From NCBI GenBank assembly GCA_963835335.1, contig CAWIFB010000056.1:56635-120634 (forward strand): DNA of 64,000 nt, written 5' to 3'. The position numbers and the translations under genes were made by a program. This DNA is from an uncultured Chloroflexia bacterium (GTDB lineage: Bacteria; Chloroflexota; Limnocylindria; Limnocylindrales; CSP1-4). This document shows positions 41,301-51,509 of the stretch, in pieces; position 1 is the stretch's first letter; every line of letters begins with the position of its first letter. Below the pieces are notes generated by a model. That model made no database searches. It was given only the letters and a program-made list of their open reading frames with translations, and had not been told where the DNA came from.

Positions 41301-42953
41301 ATGAGCGTACTCACCGGCACATTCCGCCGCCTCAAGGGCCGCCAGTCCGCCGGCGCGGAGGCCGCGCCCGCGACGATCCCGACGGCCGCGGCAGAGGTCG
41401 AGCAACCCGGCGTCGCGATCGACATCCCGGAGACCGACCCGCTGTTCGCCTATCTCCAGTCGGCTCCCGGGCCCGTGGACCTCTCCCGCCTCGAGCTCGC
41501 CTCGGCGGCCCTGACCCAGCTCCGCGAGGCCGGCGTGGCCCTGGTGGTTCCCCTCGTGACCCAGGGCGAGCTGATCGGTACGTTGAACCTCGGCCCCCGC
41601 CTGTCCGAGCAGGACTACTCGTCGGACGATCGCCGCCTCCTGGCCACGCTCGCCGCACAGGCCGCGCCGGCGATCCGCGTCGCGCAGCTCGTCCGCGAGC
41701 AGGCAGTGGAGGCCGCCGAGCGTGAGCGCTACCAGCAGGAGCTCAAGGTCGCACAGCTGATCCAGCAGCAGTTCCTGCCACGCGAGCTGCCCAGGCTGCC
41801 CGAGTGGCAGATCGCCGCGTACTACGGCCCGGCGCGCGTGGTGGGCGGCGACTTCTACGACTTCATCGACCTCGGGGGTGGCCGGATCGGCGTCGTCGTG
41901 GGTGACGTGACCGACAAGGGCGTTCCGGCCGCGCTGGTCATGGCCCGCACGCACTCGATCCTGCGCGCCGAGGCGCCGCGGCTGATCGAGCCCGGCAAGG
42001 TGCTCGCGCGCGCCAACGAGCTGCTGGTGCCCGAGATGCCGGCCCGCATGTTCGTGACCTGCCTGTACGGCGTCCTGGAGCCGGCAACCGGCCGTTTCGT
42101 GTTTGCCAACGCCGGGCACAACCTGCCCTACGTGCGGACGCCGCACGGCGTCATCGAGCTTCGGGCGACCGGCCTGCCGCTCGGGCTCATGCCGGGCATC
42201 GAGTACGAGGAGACCGAGGGCTCGGTGGGCCAGGGCGACGCGATGCTGCTCTACTCGGACGGCGTCGTGGAGCAGCACGGACCGGGCCGCGAGATGTACG
42301 GCTTCCCCCGCCTGCGCACCGCCATGGAGGGCTCCGATGCCGGGAGCGAGCTGCTGGACCGGTTGCTCGAGGAGCTGAACGCGTTCCAGGGCACAGAGGT
42401 CGAGCAGGAGGACGACATCACGCTCGTCACCCTCCGGCGATCGACCGGCGTGACCGAGGGTGCCTGGTCCGAGGATCGTCCCGAGGTCGCGCTCACGCGC
42501 GACGACGAACCCGCCGAGACCCTCGCGGCCGAGCCACTGCTTGTGTTCACGATCGAGGGCGCCATCGGCAACGAGCGGGCGGCGATGCAGCGCGTTGCCG
42601 AGATCGTCGAGCCGTTGGGGCTGGAGCCCGCGCGGCTGGAGCGCCTCAAGACCGCCGTCGCCGAGACAGTGATGAACGCGATCGAGTACGGCTCCCAGGG
42701 CGACCCGGAGGTGCCGGTCGACGTCCGGGTGGACGCCGACGACGCGACGATCCGCGTCCGCGTCACGGACCGGGCCCTGTCCGGACCGGTGCCCGATGTC
42801 GAGATGCCGGACCTCGACGCCAAGCTCGACGGCCGCCAGAAGCCGCGGGGCTGGGGCCTGTTCCTGATCCGCCACATGGTCGACGGCATGGATGTGCACG
42901 TCGCCGATGGCCTGCAGACCGTCACCCTCACCCTCGCCCGGGACGGGCGCTGA
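41301..42953 (+). CDS. Partial GAF + SpoIIE/PP2C phosphatase (RsbU-like) + HATPase (RsbW-like) fusion
   Basis: VVPLVTQGELIGTLNLG..LLATLAAQAA; VGGDFYD, GDVTDKG, NAGH, YSDG, DDIT; ETVMNAIEYG, RGWGLFLI. Confidence 0.92.
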   Translation: MSVLTGTFRRLKGRQSAGAEAAPATIPTAAAEVEQPGVAIDIPETDPLFAYLQSAPGPVDLSRLELASAALTQLREAGVALVVPLVTQGELIGTLNLGPRLSEQDYSSDDRRLLATLAAQAAPAIRVAQLVREQAVEAAERERYQQELKVAQLIQQQFLPRELPRLPEWQIAAYYGPARVVGGDFYDFIDLGGGRIGVVVGDVTDKGVPAALVMARTHSILRAEAPRLIEPGKVLARANELLVPEMPARMFVTCLYGVLEPATGRFVFANAGHNLPYVRTPHGVIELRATGLPLGLMPGIEYEETEGSVGQGDAMLLYSDGVVEQHGPGREMYGFPRLRTAMEGSDAGSELLDRLLEELNAFQGTEVEQEDDITLVTLRRSTGVTEGAWSEDRPEVALTRDDEPAETLAAEPLLVFTIEGAIGNERAAMQRVAEIVEPLGLEPARLERLKTAVAETVMNAIEYGSQGDPEVPVDVRVDADDATIRVRVTDRALSGPVPDVEMPDLDAKLDGRQKPRGWGLFLIRHMVDGMDVHVADGLQTVTLTLARDGR

Positions 42954-42968
42954 CCGATGGAGGCAGCC

Positions 42969-43331
42969 ATGAACGAGCAACGGCTCGACATCGAGGTCGT
43001 CAGCTTGACCGCCGGCGAGGCTCGGCTGGCGATGCGCGGCGACGTGGACATCGCGGCTGACCAGGCGCTCGCCACCGCCTACGCGACGGCGGCGGCCGCT
43101 GGCGCCACGCGCGTGGTCCTCGACTTCACGAGCGTCGACTACATCAACTCGACCGGCATCGCGCTGATCGTCCGGCTGCTCGCCGAGGCCCGCCGCGATC
43201 ACCGCGAGGTCATCGCCGAGGGGCTCACCGACCACTACCGGGAGATCTTCCGGATCACCCGGCTGTCCGACTACCTCACGATCGCCGATGACATGTCGGC
43301 GGCCAGCGTCCCAGAGGAGGGCAATCGATGA
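42969..43331 (+). CDS. STAS anti-anti-sigma factor (RsbV-like) 1
   Basis: GDVD, VLDFTSVDYINSTGI, IFRITRL. Confidence 0.9.
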   Translation: MNEQRLDIEVVSLTAGEARLAMRGDVDIAADQALATAYATAAAAGATRVVLDFTSVDYINSTGIALIVRLLAEARRDHREVIAEGLTDHYREIFRITRLSDYLTIADDMSAASVPEEGNR

Positions 43332-43672
43332 CCGATACGACCGTCGACGTCAGCCACCACGGCGATGCCGCGATCCTCCACGTGCACGGCGAGATCACCG
43401 GGGGCAGCGAGCCCGCACTGATGGACGCCTATGGCCTGGCCGGCGACGCGCGCGCCATCGTGCTCGACTTCGGCGATCTCGAGTACATGAACAGCGGTGG
43501 GATCGGGCTGCTGGTGACGCTCCTCGTGCGCACGCAGCGGGCCGGCCAGAAGCTGCTGGCCGTCGGCCTGACGGAGCACTACCACCAGATCCTCGCGCTC
43601 ACCCGCCTCGACGAGGCGATCTCCATCCACGACGACGAGTCGGCGGCGCTGGCCGCAGCCGGCACGGCCTGA
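43328..43672 (+). CDS. STAS anti-anti-sigma factor (RsbV-like) 2
   Basis: GEIT, LDFGDLEYMNSGGI, ILALTRL. Confidence 0.9.
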   Translation: MTDTTVDVSHHGDAAILHVHGEITGGSEPALMDAYGLAGDARAIVLDFGDLEYMNSGGIGLLVTLLVRTQRAGQKLLAVGLTEHYHQILALTRLDEAISIHDDESAALAAAGTA

Positions 43673-43686
43673 AACGGAGCGTTCCG

Positions 43687-44427
43687 ATGACCACCGAGCC
43701 TCGCACCCCCCGCGACAAGGAATCCTGGGCCCGCCCCGTGGACCGGCTGTCCACGACCGCCAAGACCGGCGGCATGGACACCGTGACCGGCAAGCGCGTC
43801 TCCGGCCCCATCCAGGGCTTTGGCCAGATGTGGCAGAAGACGTTCAAGGTCCGCCTGAGCGGCGTCGATCTCGACCCCGAGGCCGTGGTCGCGCACTGGA
43901 AGGCCGGCTTCCCCACCTTCTGGCCCAAGGGCGCGGCGTTCTACGCCCCCCTGGCGGGGATCGCCCCGGGCGAGGTCGCCCTTCTCGAGGTCGCACCGGT
44001 CCCGGGCTCACCGGTCAAGATGTCGACCGGGGTCATGGTCATCTACGCTGACCGCGAGTCATTCACGTTCATGACGCCCGAGGGTCACGCGCTGTCCGCA
44101 TGGATCACCTTCTCCGCCTTCCGCGATGGCGCTACCACGGTTGCCCAGGCACAGGCGCTGGAGCGGACGAGCGATCCGTTCATCGAGCTCAGCTACATCT
44201 TCGGCGCCAACCGCGCGAACGACCGGTTCTGGGAGAAGACGCTCGAGAACCTCGCCGCATCCCTGGGTGTCGGCGCGCCGGTCATCGAGGCCGAGAAGAT
44301 CTGCGTGGACAGGCGCCGCCAGTGGCGGTACGTGCGCAACCTTCGCCACAGCGCGGCCGTGAACATGGCCGTGGGCACGGTCACCGCGCCGGTCCGCTGG
44401 GTGCGGCGTCGCCGGGTCGCGAGCTGA
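43687..44427 (+). CDS. Conserved hypothetical protein (possibly SRPBCC/DUF1990-like)
   Basis: GGAG upstream; QGFGQMWQKT, FTFMTPEGH..WITF; co-oriented with the STAS genes. Confidence 0.7.
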   Translation: MTTEPRTPRDKESWARPVDRLSTTAKTGGMDTVTGKRVSGPIQGFGQMWQKTFKVRLSGVDLDPEAVVAHWKAGFPTFWPKGAAFYAPLAGIAPGEVALLEVAPVPGSPVKMSTGVMVIYADRESFTFMTPEGHALSAWITFSAFRDGATTVAQAQALERTSDPFIELSYIFGANRANDRFWEKTLENLAASLGVGAPVIEAEKICVDRRRQWRYVRNLRHSAAVNMAVGTVTAPVRWVRRRRVAS

Positions 44428-44455
44428 TCGCAACGCGTCCCTCCCGGAGCCCGCG

Positions 44456-45895
44456 GTGACGCCCCGGCGTCGCCGCGGCGACGGGCTGGATGCCATCGTC
44501 GTCGGCGCAGGTCCTAACGGCCTTGCCGCAGCCATCGAGCTCGCACGTGCCGGGCGATCGGTCCGGATCTACGAGGCCGCCGGGGAGGTGGGTGGCGGGT
44601 CGCGATCAGCGGAGCTGACCCTGCCGGGGTTCGTCCACGACGTGTGCTCGGCGGTCCATCCGCTGGGCGTGGCATCACCCTTCTTCGCGTCGCTCGACCT
44701 GGCCCGCTACGGGCTGGAATGGGTTCAACCGGAGGCACCGCTCGCGCACGCCCTGGCTCCCGGCCGGAGCGTCATCCTGGAACGCGACCTGGAGGTCATG
44801 CGCGAGGCGCTCGGCCGGGATGGCGATGCCTGGGCCCGGCTGTTCGGGCCGCTCGTCCGCGAGTGGGAGCGGCTCGCGCCGGCGCTGCTCGGGCCCGTCG
44901 TCCGGCCGCCTCGCCACCCGCTGCTCCTGGCGCGGTTCGGCCTGCCCGCGGTCCTGCCCGCCACCTCGCTGGCGAGGATCGCATTCCGCGAGCCGGCCGC
45001 CCGGGCGCTGTTCGCGGGCATGGCCGGCCACTCGATGCTCCGCCTCGGCCGCCCGCTCTCCGCGTCGTTCGGGCTGGTGCTGGGGATGCTCGCCCACGCG
45101 GTCGGCTGGCCGGTGGCGCGCGGCGGGAGCGGCCGGATCGCCGCCGCGCTCGAGGCCGAGGCTCGCGCGCTGGGCGTCGAGATCGTCACCGGGCATCGGG
45201 TCGACGCCCTTGGCGCACTGCCGGCGGCGCGGGCCGTGGTCCTGGACCTGACGCCACGCCAGGTCGTCGCGCTTGCCGGAGACCGGCTGCCGACCCGGTA
45301 CCGGGGCCAGCTGGAGCGGTACCGCTACGGACCGGGGGTGTTCAAGATGGACTGGGCGCTGGACGGCCCGATCCCGTGGGCCGATCCGGCGACGGCGCGA
45401 GCGGGCACCGTGCACCTGGGTGGGACGCTGGCCGAGGTCGCGGCCTCCGAGGACGCCGTCGGTCGCGGACACCCGGCCGATCGCCCGCTCGTCCTCGTTG
45501 TCCAGCCGACCATCGCGGACCCGTCGCGCGCTCCGGAGGGCAAGCACGTCGCGTGGGCCTACTGCCACGTGCCCAACGGCTCGTCCGTGGACATGACAGC
45601 CGCCATCGAGAGCCAGGTCGAGCGCTTCGCGCCCGGGTTCCGCGACCTCGTGCTCGCCCGGAGCGTGAGGGACGCGGCGGCCATGGAGGCGTACGACGCG
45701 AACTACATCGGCGGTGACATCAACGGCGGGATCCAGGACATCCGCCAGCTGCTGTTCCGGCCGGTCCTCCGCTGGAACCCGTACACCACGCCGGATCCGG
45801 GCCTGTTCCTGTGCTCGTCTTCGACACCGCCGGGCGGGGGGGTCCACGGGATGAGCGGCTGGCATGCGGCACGCGAGGTCATCCGCCGGACCTGA
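44456..45895 (+). CDS. Phytoene dehydrogenase-like FAD oxidoreductase
   Basis: VVGAGPNGL, HDVCSAVHP, NYIGGDI, STPPGGGVHGMSG. Confidence 0.9.
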   Translation: MTPRRRRGDGLDAIVVGAGPNGLAAAIELARAGRSVRIYEAAGEVGGGSRSAELTLPGFVHDVCSAVHPLGVASPFFASLDLARYGLEWVQPEAPLAHALAPGRSVILERDLEVMREALGRDGDAWARLFGPLVREWERLAPALLGPVVRPPRHPLLLARFGLPAVLPATSLARIAFREPAARALFAGMAGHSMLRLGRPLSASFGLVLGMLAHAVGWPVARGGSGRIAAALEAEARALGVEIVTGHRVDALGALPAARAVVLDLTPRQVVALAGDRLPTRYRGQLERYRYGPGVFKMDWALDGPIPWADPATARAGTVHLGGTLAEVAASEDAVGRGHPADRPLVLVVQPTIADPSRAPEGKHVAWAYCHVPNGSSVDMTAAIESQVERFAPGFRDLVLARSVRDAAAMEAYDANYIGGDINGGIQDIRQLLFRPVLRWNPYTTPDPGLFLCSSSTPPGGGVHGMSGWHAAREVIRRT

Positions 45896-45962
45896 CGACT
45901 CCCGGGGTCGCGGCACGGGCCGCGTTAGGGGGTGCCGCGGTGGCAGACTGCGCTGGTCCACG

Positions 45963-47165
45963 ATGTCGACCCGCAGCCTCTCCCTGAACGAGGTCCGCAT
46001 CCTCGGCCGCCAGGTCACAGCCGAGGCGATGGCGCGAGCGCTGCTCGCGATCGGTGCGGCCGTGTTCTTCTGGCTGCTCGGCCCCGGACAGGGCGACAAC
46101 GACCCGTTCAACCCCCTCGCCGCCGCGCTGCTCCATGGTCGCCTCTCGATCCCGGACCCGATGCCCTGGCTCGAGAGCGTCCCGGCGCCCGATGGTGGCT
46201 GGTACGTCCCGCTCGCGCCGGGTCCCGCGATCGTCCTGCTCCCGGTCGTCGCGCTGGTCGGGCCGCACGTCGTGGACACGAGCCTGTTGTCGGCGATCTC
46301 GGCCGCCGTGGCGGTCTGGCTGGCGTGGGGCCTGGTCCGGCAGATCGGCGGGACCGCGCGGCAGGCGGCCTGGCTCACAATCGGGCTCGCGTTCGGGTCC
46401 GAGCTGACCTGGGTGGCGACCTCGGGCGGTCCGCACAACGTCGAGCACATGCTCGCGATGGCATGCCTGATGGGCAGCCTTCGCCTCGCGATCGCGGGTC
46501 GAAACCCTGCGGCGGCCGGGCTGCTGTGGGCATTCGCCGTCACCTGCCGCGTCCCGGTCGGGCTCGCGCTGCCGCTGTTCGCGTGGCTGTATCGACGGCA
46601 GATCGCGCGGTTCGTGCTGGCCGCAGCACCCATCGGAGCCCTGCTCGTGCTGTACAACACCGCCCGGTTCGGCAACCCGCTGGACTTCGGGCTGGCCCGG
46701 ATCATGGGCGGCGACCCACCCACGTCGGTCCTTGACGAGCCCTGGTACGACCACGGGATCATCGCGATCGACTACCTGCCGCGGGGGCTGCACACGATGC
46801 TCCTCCGGACGTTCGACATCGTGTCCGACCCGCCGTGGTTCCGCCCCAACTGGACGGGCGCATCCGTGCTGCTCACGATGCCGGTGCTGGCATGGCTCCA
46901 TCGGGCGCGGGCGAGGGTGCTCATCGTCCCGTGGCTGGTGGCGGGTCTCGTCCTCGTCCCGGACCTGCTCCACGGCGCTCCGGGCTTCGCGCAGTTCGGG
47001 TACCGGTTCATCTGCGACGTGCTGCCGATCCTGTGGTGGCTGCTGGCCTGGGTCGCGGTCAATCGCGGGCTGACGCTGGGCATGCGCGCGGCGATCGTGG
47101 CCGGGATCGCGGTCAACATGTACGCGCTGTGGACGGTGTGGGCGCTCGGCTTCGTGGGGTACTGA
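45963..47165 (+). CDS. Polytopic membrane protein, GT-C glycosyltransferase-like
   Basis: About 10 TM segments; YNTARFGNPLDFG, QFGYRF. Confidence 0.6.
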   Translation: MSTRSLSLNEVRILGRQVTAEAMARALLAIGAAVFFWLLGPGQGDNDPFNPLAAALLHGRLSIPDPMPWLESVPAPDGGWYVPLAPGPAIVLLPVVALVGPHVVDTSLLSAISAAVAVWLAWGLVRQIGGTARQAAWLTIGLAFGSELTWVATSGGPHNVEHMLAMACLMGSLRLAIAGRNPAAAGLLWAFAVTCRVPVGLALPLFAWLYRRQIARFVLAAAPIGALLVLYNTARFGNPLDFGLARIMGGDPPTSVLDEPWYDHGIIAIDYLPRGLHTMLLRTFDIVSDPPWFRPNWTGASVLLTMPVLAWLHRARARVLIVPWLVAGLVLVPDLLHGAPGFAQFGYRFICDVLPILWWLLAWVAVNRGLTLGMRAAIVAGIAVNMYALWTVWALGFVGY

Positions 47166-47203
47166 CGGCCCGGGCGCGTCTCGGCCGTCGCGCCCCGACC
47201 AAC

Positions 47204-47513
47204 CGCGACTCACCGGGCGCATCAAGGGCATGGCGCGGCTGGCGGATATCGAGCCTGAACGACGCAATTCGAGCCGAGCTCCCTGCCTGGACGCCGATTT
47301 GATGCGCCGCGTGAGTCGCGCGAGGGAGTGACCGGCGCAAGGGCGCGAACCCGGCGCGAGCGAACGAACCCGGCGCGAGGGCGCATCCCGCCCAGCCGTG
47401 ACTCACCGGGCGCATCAAGCGCATGGCGCGGCTGGCGGATATCGAGCCTGAACGACGCAATTCGAGCCGAGCGCCATGCCTGGACGCCGATTTGATGCGC
47501 CGCGTGAGTCACG
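47204..47513. repeat. Two 117-bp palindromic elements (47204-47320, 47397-47513), REP/MITE-like
   Basis: Direct repeats with a 193-bp period, each with terminal inverted repeats; located between convergent genes. Confidence 0.9.
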
Positions 47514-47562
47514 CGAGAACGCGCGGCGCTCCGGCGGGTGCCCGGTCGGGCGGAGTCCGCCG

Positions 47563-49710
47563 CTAGCGCCAGGTCGTCCGGGCAGCGTCCGGGTACAGGC
47601 GCACGCGGCGGTACGGCTCGCGCCCGCGTGACCGCGAGACGAGGTTCGCCCGCTCGGCCATCTGGTGCTGCAGCCGGCGGATATACGCGTTCTGGGGTGC
47701 CAGCTCGACTGGCTCCTGCTGCTTCACCACCATCCCGATCGCCTGCTCCGTCTCGCGCAGCGCGGCCTCGCGCGGGTCCACCTCGAGCGCGAAGATCGAG
47801 GTCAGCGATGCCTGCATCTGGACGATCGTGTTGGACTTGAGGACGTAGACCGGGATCGCCCGATCCTCCGCCTCGCGGATCGCCGGCGGCTTCTGGCGAT
47901 ACTCGCTGCGCAGGGTCATCGCGACGTCGGCCTCGTCGACATCGCGGGCCACGATCACGGGCAGCTGGAGATCGCGGATCGCCTGCTCCAGCCGCTTGCG
48001 GCTGATCCCGTGCGGGAACACGCGCAGGGTCGGCAGCGTGCCGCCCTCGACCTCGAGCGCACCGGCCCCGAAGGCCGCATCGTCGCCGAACGACGCGTCG
48101 TCGAACGACGCGTCGTCGTCATCGGCCTCGTCGGGCCCCGCCCCGGTCTCGCCGGGGACGAGCAGCGCGAGCTGGCGCTCTGCCTCTGCCTCCAGCTCCG
48201 CGGCGTTCACCGGCCGGGTGCCCTCGTCCTCGCGCAGGGCGTTGAGCGCGCGCGCCGCCTCGTCGCGCCACGCCTTCTGGCGCTGCAGCTCGCGGGCGTC
48301 GCGGGCGCGGATCTCGGCCGCCGCGGCCGCCTCGGCGCGTTCCAGCGGTCCCCGGTCGGCGATGTCCCCGGCGACGAACGGCGACCCGGGCTGCACCGCG
48401 AACCGCTCGCCGGGCAGGGTGCTTAGCGGCTCTGGTCGGTCGCCCTCCGGCGTGCGCGCACCACGATCGCTCCCGCGATCCGAGCCGCCGCGCGAGCTGC
48501 GCCAGCCCCCGGCCTGGCCGGGCCGGAACCCGGGCCGGGTCGGCAGCCGGTCCTCGCCGGCGTAGCCGCCGGTCCGGTAGGTCGACGTCCCACGCCAGCC
48601 GGGCTCGCGTCCCCAGGCGCCGGCGCCCGAGCCGGTGAGCCCGTTGAACCGGTCGCCGGAGCCGGAGTCCCGGGCGGACGGCTTGGGTCGCGCCTGCGAA
48701 CGATGGACGCCCTCCTCGTCGCGCCACCGGAGCTCGGGCGTCACGAGGTCGCCGAGGAGCATCGAATCGACCGTCGCCGCGACATCCGCGTGAACCATCA
48801 CCCGCTCCCGGTCCTGGATCTCCACGATGACGTCGAACGTCGGCGGCGCCTTCCGCTCCAGCACGCTCTTCTGCGTGCGACGCCGGCGCGCCTCCTCGTC
48901 ACCCAGGGTCACGCTCTGGATTCCGCCGATCAGGTCCGACAGCGTCGGGTTGAGCATCAGGTTGTCGAGGTTGTTGCCGTGGGCGGTGCCGATCAGCTGA
49001 ACGCCGCGCTCGGCGATCGTGCGCGCCGCCTGCGCCTCGAGCTCCGTGCCGATCTCGTCGATGACGATGACCTGGGGCATGTGGTTCTCGACGGCCTCGA
49101 TCATCACCTCGTGCTGGAGGCTGGGCGTCCGGACCTGCATCCGGCGCGCCTTGCCGATCGCCGGGTGCGGGATGTCACCGTCGCCCGCGATCTCGTTCGA
49201 GGTGTCGACCACCACGACGCGCTTGCCCTGCTCGTCCGCGAGCACGCGGGCGGCTTCGCGCAGCATGGTCGTCTTGCCGATCCCGGGCCGGCCCATGATC
49301 AGGATCGACTTCCCGCTCTGGACGAAGTCGGAGATGATCTCGATCGTCCCGTACACGGCGCGCCCGATGCGGCAGGTGAGCCCGACGACCTTGCCGTTGC
49401 GGTTCCGGATGGCGCTGATCCGGTGCAGCGTGCGCTCGATGCCGGCGCGGTTGTCGTCGCCGAAGGTCCCGATGTGCTCGACGACGTACTGGATGTCGGC
49501 TTCCCCGATCTCGCGCTCGAGCAGCGCGACCTCGCTGTTGGGGTAGCGCGCCTCCGGCCGGCGGCCCAGGTCGAGCACGACCTCGATCAGCGTCTCGGGG
49601 TCGGGCAGGGCGTGGATGGCCGCGACGATCTCCGGCGGCAGTGCCGCGAGGAGCACGTCCAGGTCATCCATCGTCTCGCGCTGCCCATCCCGGGATCCCA
49701 CGCTGCTCAT
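47563..49710 (-). CDS. Ycf45/SpoIIIAA-like AAA ATPase with C-terminal R3H domain
   Basis: [43 protein letters not shown]. Confidence 0.92.
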   Translation of the reverse strand: MSSVGSRDGQRETMDDLDVLLAALPPEIVAAIHALPDPETLIEVVLDLGRRPEARYPNSEVALLEREIGEADIQYVVEHIGTFGDDNRAGIERTLHRISAIRNRNGKVVGLTCRIGRAVYGTIEIISDFVQSGKSILIMGRPGIGKTTMLREAARVLADEQGKRVVVVDTSNEIAGDGDIPHPAIGKARRMQVRTPSLQHEVMIEAVENHMPQVIVIDEIGTELEAQAARTIAERGVQLIGTAHGNNLDNLMLNPTLSDLIGGIQSVTLGDEEARRRRTQKSVLERKAPPTFDVIVEIQDRERVMVHADVAATVDSMLLGDLVTPELRWRDEEGVHRSQARPKPSARDSGSGDRFNGLTGSGAGAWGREPGWRGTSTYRTGGYAGEDRLPTRPGFRPGQAGGWRSSRGGSDRGSDRGARTPEGDRPEPLSTLPGERFAVQPGSPFVAGDIADRGPLERAEAAAAAEIRARDARELQRQKAWRDEAARALNALREDEGTRPVNAAELEAEAERQLALLVPGETGAGPDEADDDDASFDDASFGDDAAFGAGALEVEGGTLPTLRVFPHGISRKRLEQAIRDLQLPVIVARDVDEADVAMTLRSEYRQKPPAIREAEDRAIPVYVLKSNTIVQMQASLTSIFALEVDPREAALRETEQAIGMVVKQQEPVELAPQNAYIRRLQHQMAERANLVSRSRGREPYRRVRLYPDAARTTWR

Positions 49711-49725
49711 ACCTCCGTTCGGCCG

Positions 49726-50772
49726 CTAGCTGATGCCGGCCGGCACGAGCCGGGGCTCGGCGACACGGACAAGGGTCTCCTTCATCAGGAGCGTGACCGT
49801 CGCGATCATGTCGAAGCCTTCCTCCTCGAGCCGCCGGTCGAGTGGCAGCTCGTAGGTTCGCACAGGCGCCAGGATGCCCTGGTTGGCGCGGTGCTCGGCC
49901 TCGGACCGGGCCGCGATCACGCCCAGCGCATACCGGAGCAGCGGCACGACATCCGCGCCCGGCCGCGCCAGCAGCTTGAGGTAGTGCGGCTGGTCCTCCT
50001 TCGCGACGCCGACCTGGACGAACCCGTCGACCTGCGTCCCGTCCGCTCCGCCACCCGGAGCATCGATCACGAACGCGTCCACGTCCGCGAAGCGCAGGAT
50101 CGGCGCGAGCGAGCTTCGGGGCACCCGCCACTCGCGTCCCTGGCGTTCCCAGTCGGCCAGCCGGAGCGCCTCGAGGCGCTGGATCGGCGCCGGCGTCACC
50201 GACGCGTACAGGCGGGCGAGCGGCAGGGCGTCGAGCGGCACCGCCGGTCGGATGCGCGAGGCGCGCGCCTCGTCGTCGGTCCAGGGGCTCGGCAGCGGCC
50301 GCTCGGGCGCCCGGTACAGGACGCGCTCGTCGCCGTAGCGCACGAACCCCGCCTGCATGAACAGCTCCACGTTGTCGTCCGCCTCCGCGCACGCGACATG
50401 GAACCGGACCGCACCCCGCTTCGCGCCGTCGCGCAGCAGGTGCTGCACGAGGCGGAACCGGACATCGCCCGCGTCCAGCCCGCCGACCGCGTCGAGCTCG
50501 ACGACCGTCCACTCGTCGCGGTGGCTCTCCCGCTCCACGCGCAGGAGCCCGGCGATATGGCCGTCGCGATCGAACACGTACAGCACGTCGTGCGGGCGAA
50601 ACGCCCCCAGCGGCAGCCGGAACAGGCTGAACATGCCGATCGGGGGGCCGGACACGGGCAGGCCCAGCGAGCGCGTCCCGTCGCCATCGGCCTGGGCGAG
50701 CCGTGACAGCTCGCCGAGCGCGGCGAGATCCGTCAGCCGCGCGGCGCGTACCTTGCCCGAGCTGCGTGCCAT
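49726..50772 (-). CDS. Hypothetical protein, probable tandem GNAT-like fold
   Basis: KVRAARLTD..LFMQAGF and IRPAVPLD..LEEEGF duplicated pattern. Confidence 0.6.
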   Translation of the reverse strand: MARSSGKVRAARLTDLAALGELSRLAQADGDGTRSLGLPVSGPPIGMFSLFRLPLGAFRPHDVLYVFDRDGHIAGLLRVERESHRDEWTVVELDAVGGLDAGDVRFRLVQHLLRDGAKRGAVRFHVACAEADDNVELFMQAGFVRYGDERVLYRAPERPLPSPWTDDEARASRIRPAVPLDALPLARLYASVTPAPIQRLEALRLADWERQGREWRVPRSSLAPILRFADVDAFVIDAPGGGADGTQVDGFVQVGVAKEDQPHYLKLLARPGADVVPLLRYALGVIAARSEAEHRANQGILAPVRTYELPLDRRLEEEGFDMIATVTLLMKETLVRVAEPRLVPAGIS

Positions 50773-50779
50773 GTCGCCG

Positions 50780-51418
50780 TCACCCGGCCTGCGAGGTTCG
50801 ACGGGTGGGATGGTGCCGTCGCCCCGCACCCTCGCCCGGTTCCGCGTGCTCGGCGGCCATCGTCGCCAGGAGCCGGTGGAACCGCGTCTCGCCGGCCAGC
50901 TCGGGGTGGAACGATGTCGCGATCACGTTGTGCTCCCGAACAGCGACGATCCGGCCGTCGTCGAGCCGGGCGATGACGTCCACGCCGGGTCCGACACGGT
51001 CGATGACGGGTGCCCGGATGAACACCCCGTGGACCCGCTGCGAGCCGAGCAGCGGCACGTCGAGCTCCGCCTCGAATGAGTCGAGCTGGCGGCCGAAGGC
51101 GTTGCGGCGGACGCTCACGTCGAGCAGCGGCAGCACGGCCGGCTCGCCCCCATCGATGTCGCGCGCCAGCATGATCATGCCGGCGCAGGTGCCGAACAGC
51201 GGCGCACCGCTCGCCGCGAGGTCGAGGATCGGCTGGCGCAGTCCCCAGCGGTCGATCAGCCGGCGCATCGTCGTGCTCTCCCCACCCGGGATGATCAGGC
51301 CGTCGATGTCGCGAACGTGGGCGGGCAGGCGCACCTCGACCGGCTCGACGCCGATCGCGCGCAGCACGGCGACATGCTCGGCGAACGCCCCCTGCAGGGC
51401 GAGCACCCCGATCCTCAT
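50780..51418 (-). CDS. pdxT: PLP synthase glutaminase subunit
   Basis: GVLALQG, PGGESTT, GTCAG, RNAFGRQ, FIRAP, FHPE. Confidence 0.97.
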   Translation of the reverse strand: MRIGVLALQGAFAEHVAVLRAIGVEPVEVRLPAHVRDIDGLIIPGGESTTMRRLIDRWGLRQPILDLAASGAPLFGTCAGMIMLARDIDGGEPAVLPLLDVSVRRNAFGRQLDSFEAELDVPLLGSQRVHGVFIRAPVIDRVGPGVDVIARLDDGRIVAVREHNVIATSFHPELAGETRFHRLLATMAAEHAEPGEGAGRRHHPTRRTSQAG

Positions 51419-51509
51419 CGGGTCACCGGGCGAACGAGCGTCACGGACATCGGCGCGCGCGCACCAGGCGCCACGACGGCGGCGCTCCTGCCTACCTTCG
51501 GCGCGAGGA

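Noticed and set aside
44456-45895. Carotenoid biosynthesis cluster
   Set aside because: No crtB/crtE or cyclase nearby; the gene fits the broad phytoene-dehydrogenase-like family.
47204-47513. Possible CRISPR array
   Set aside because: Only two units, each 117 bp long, and no cas genes.
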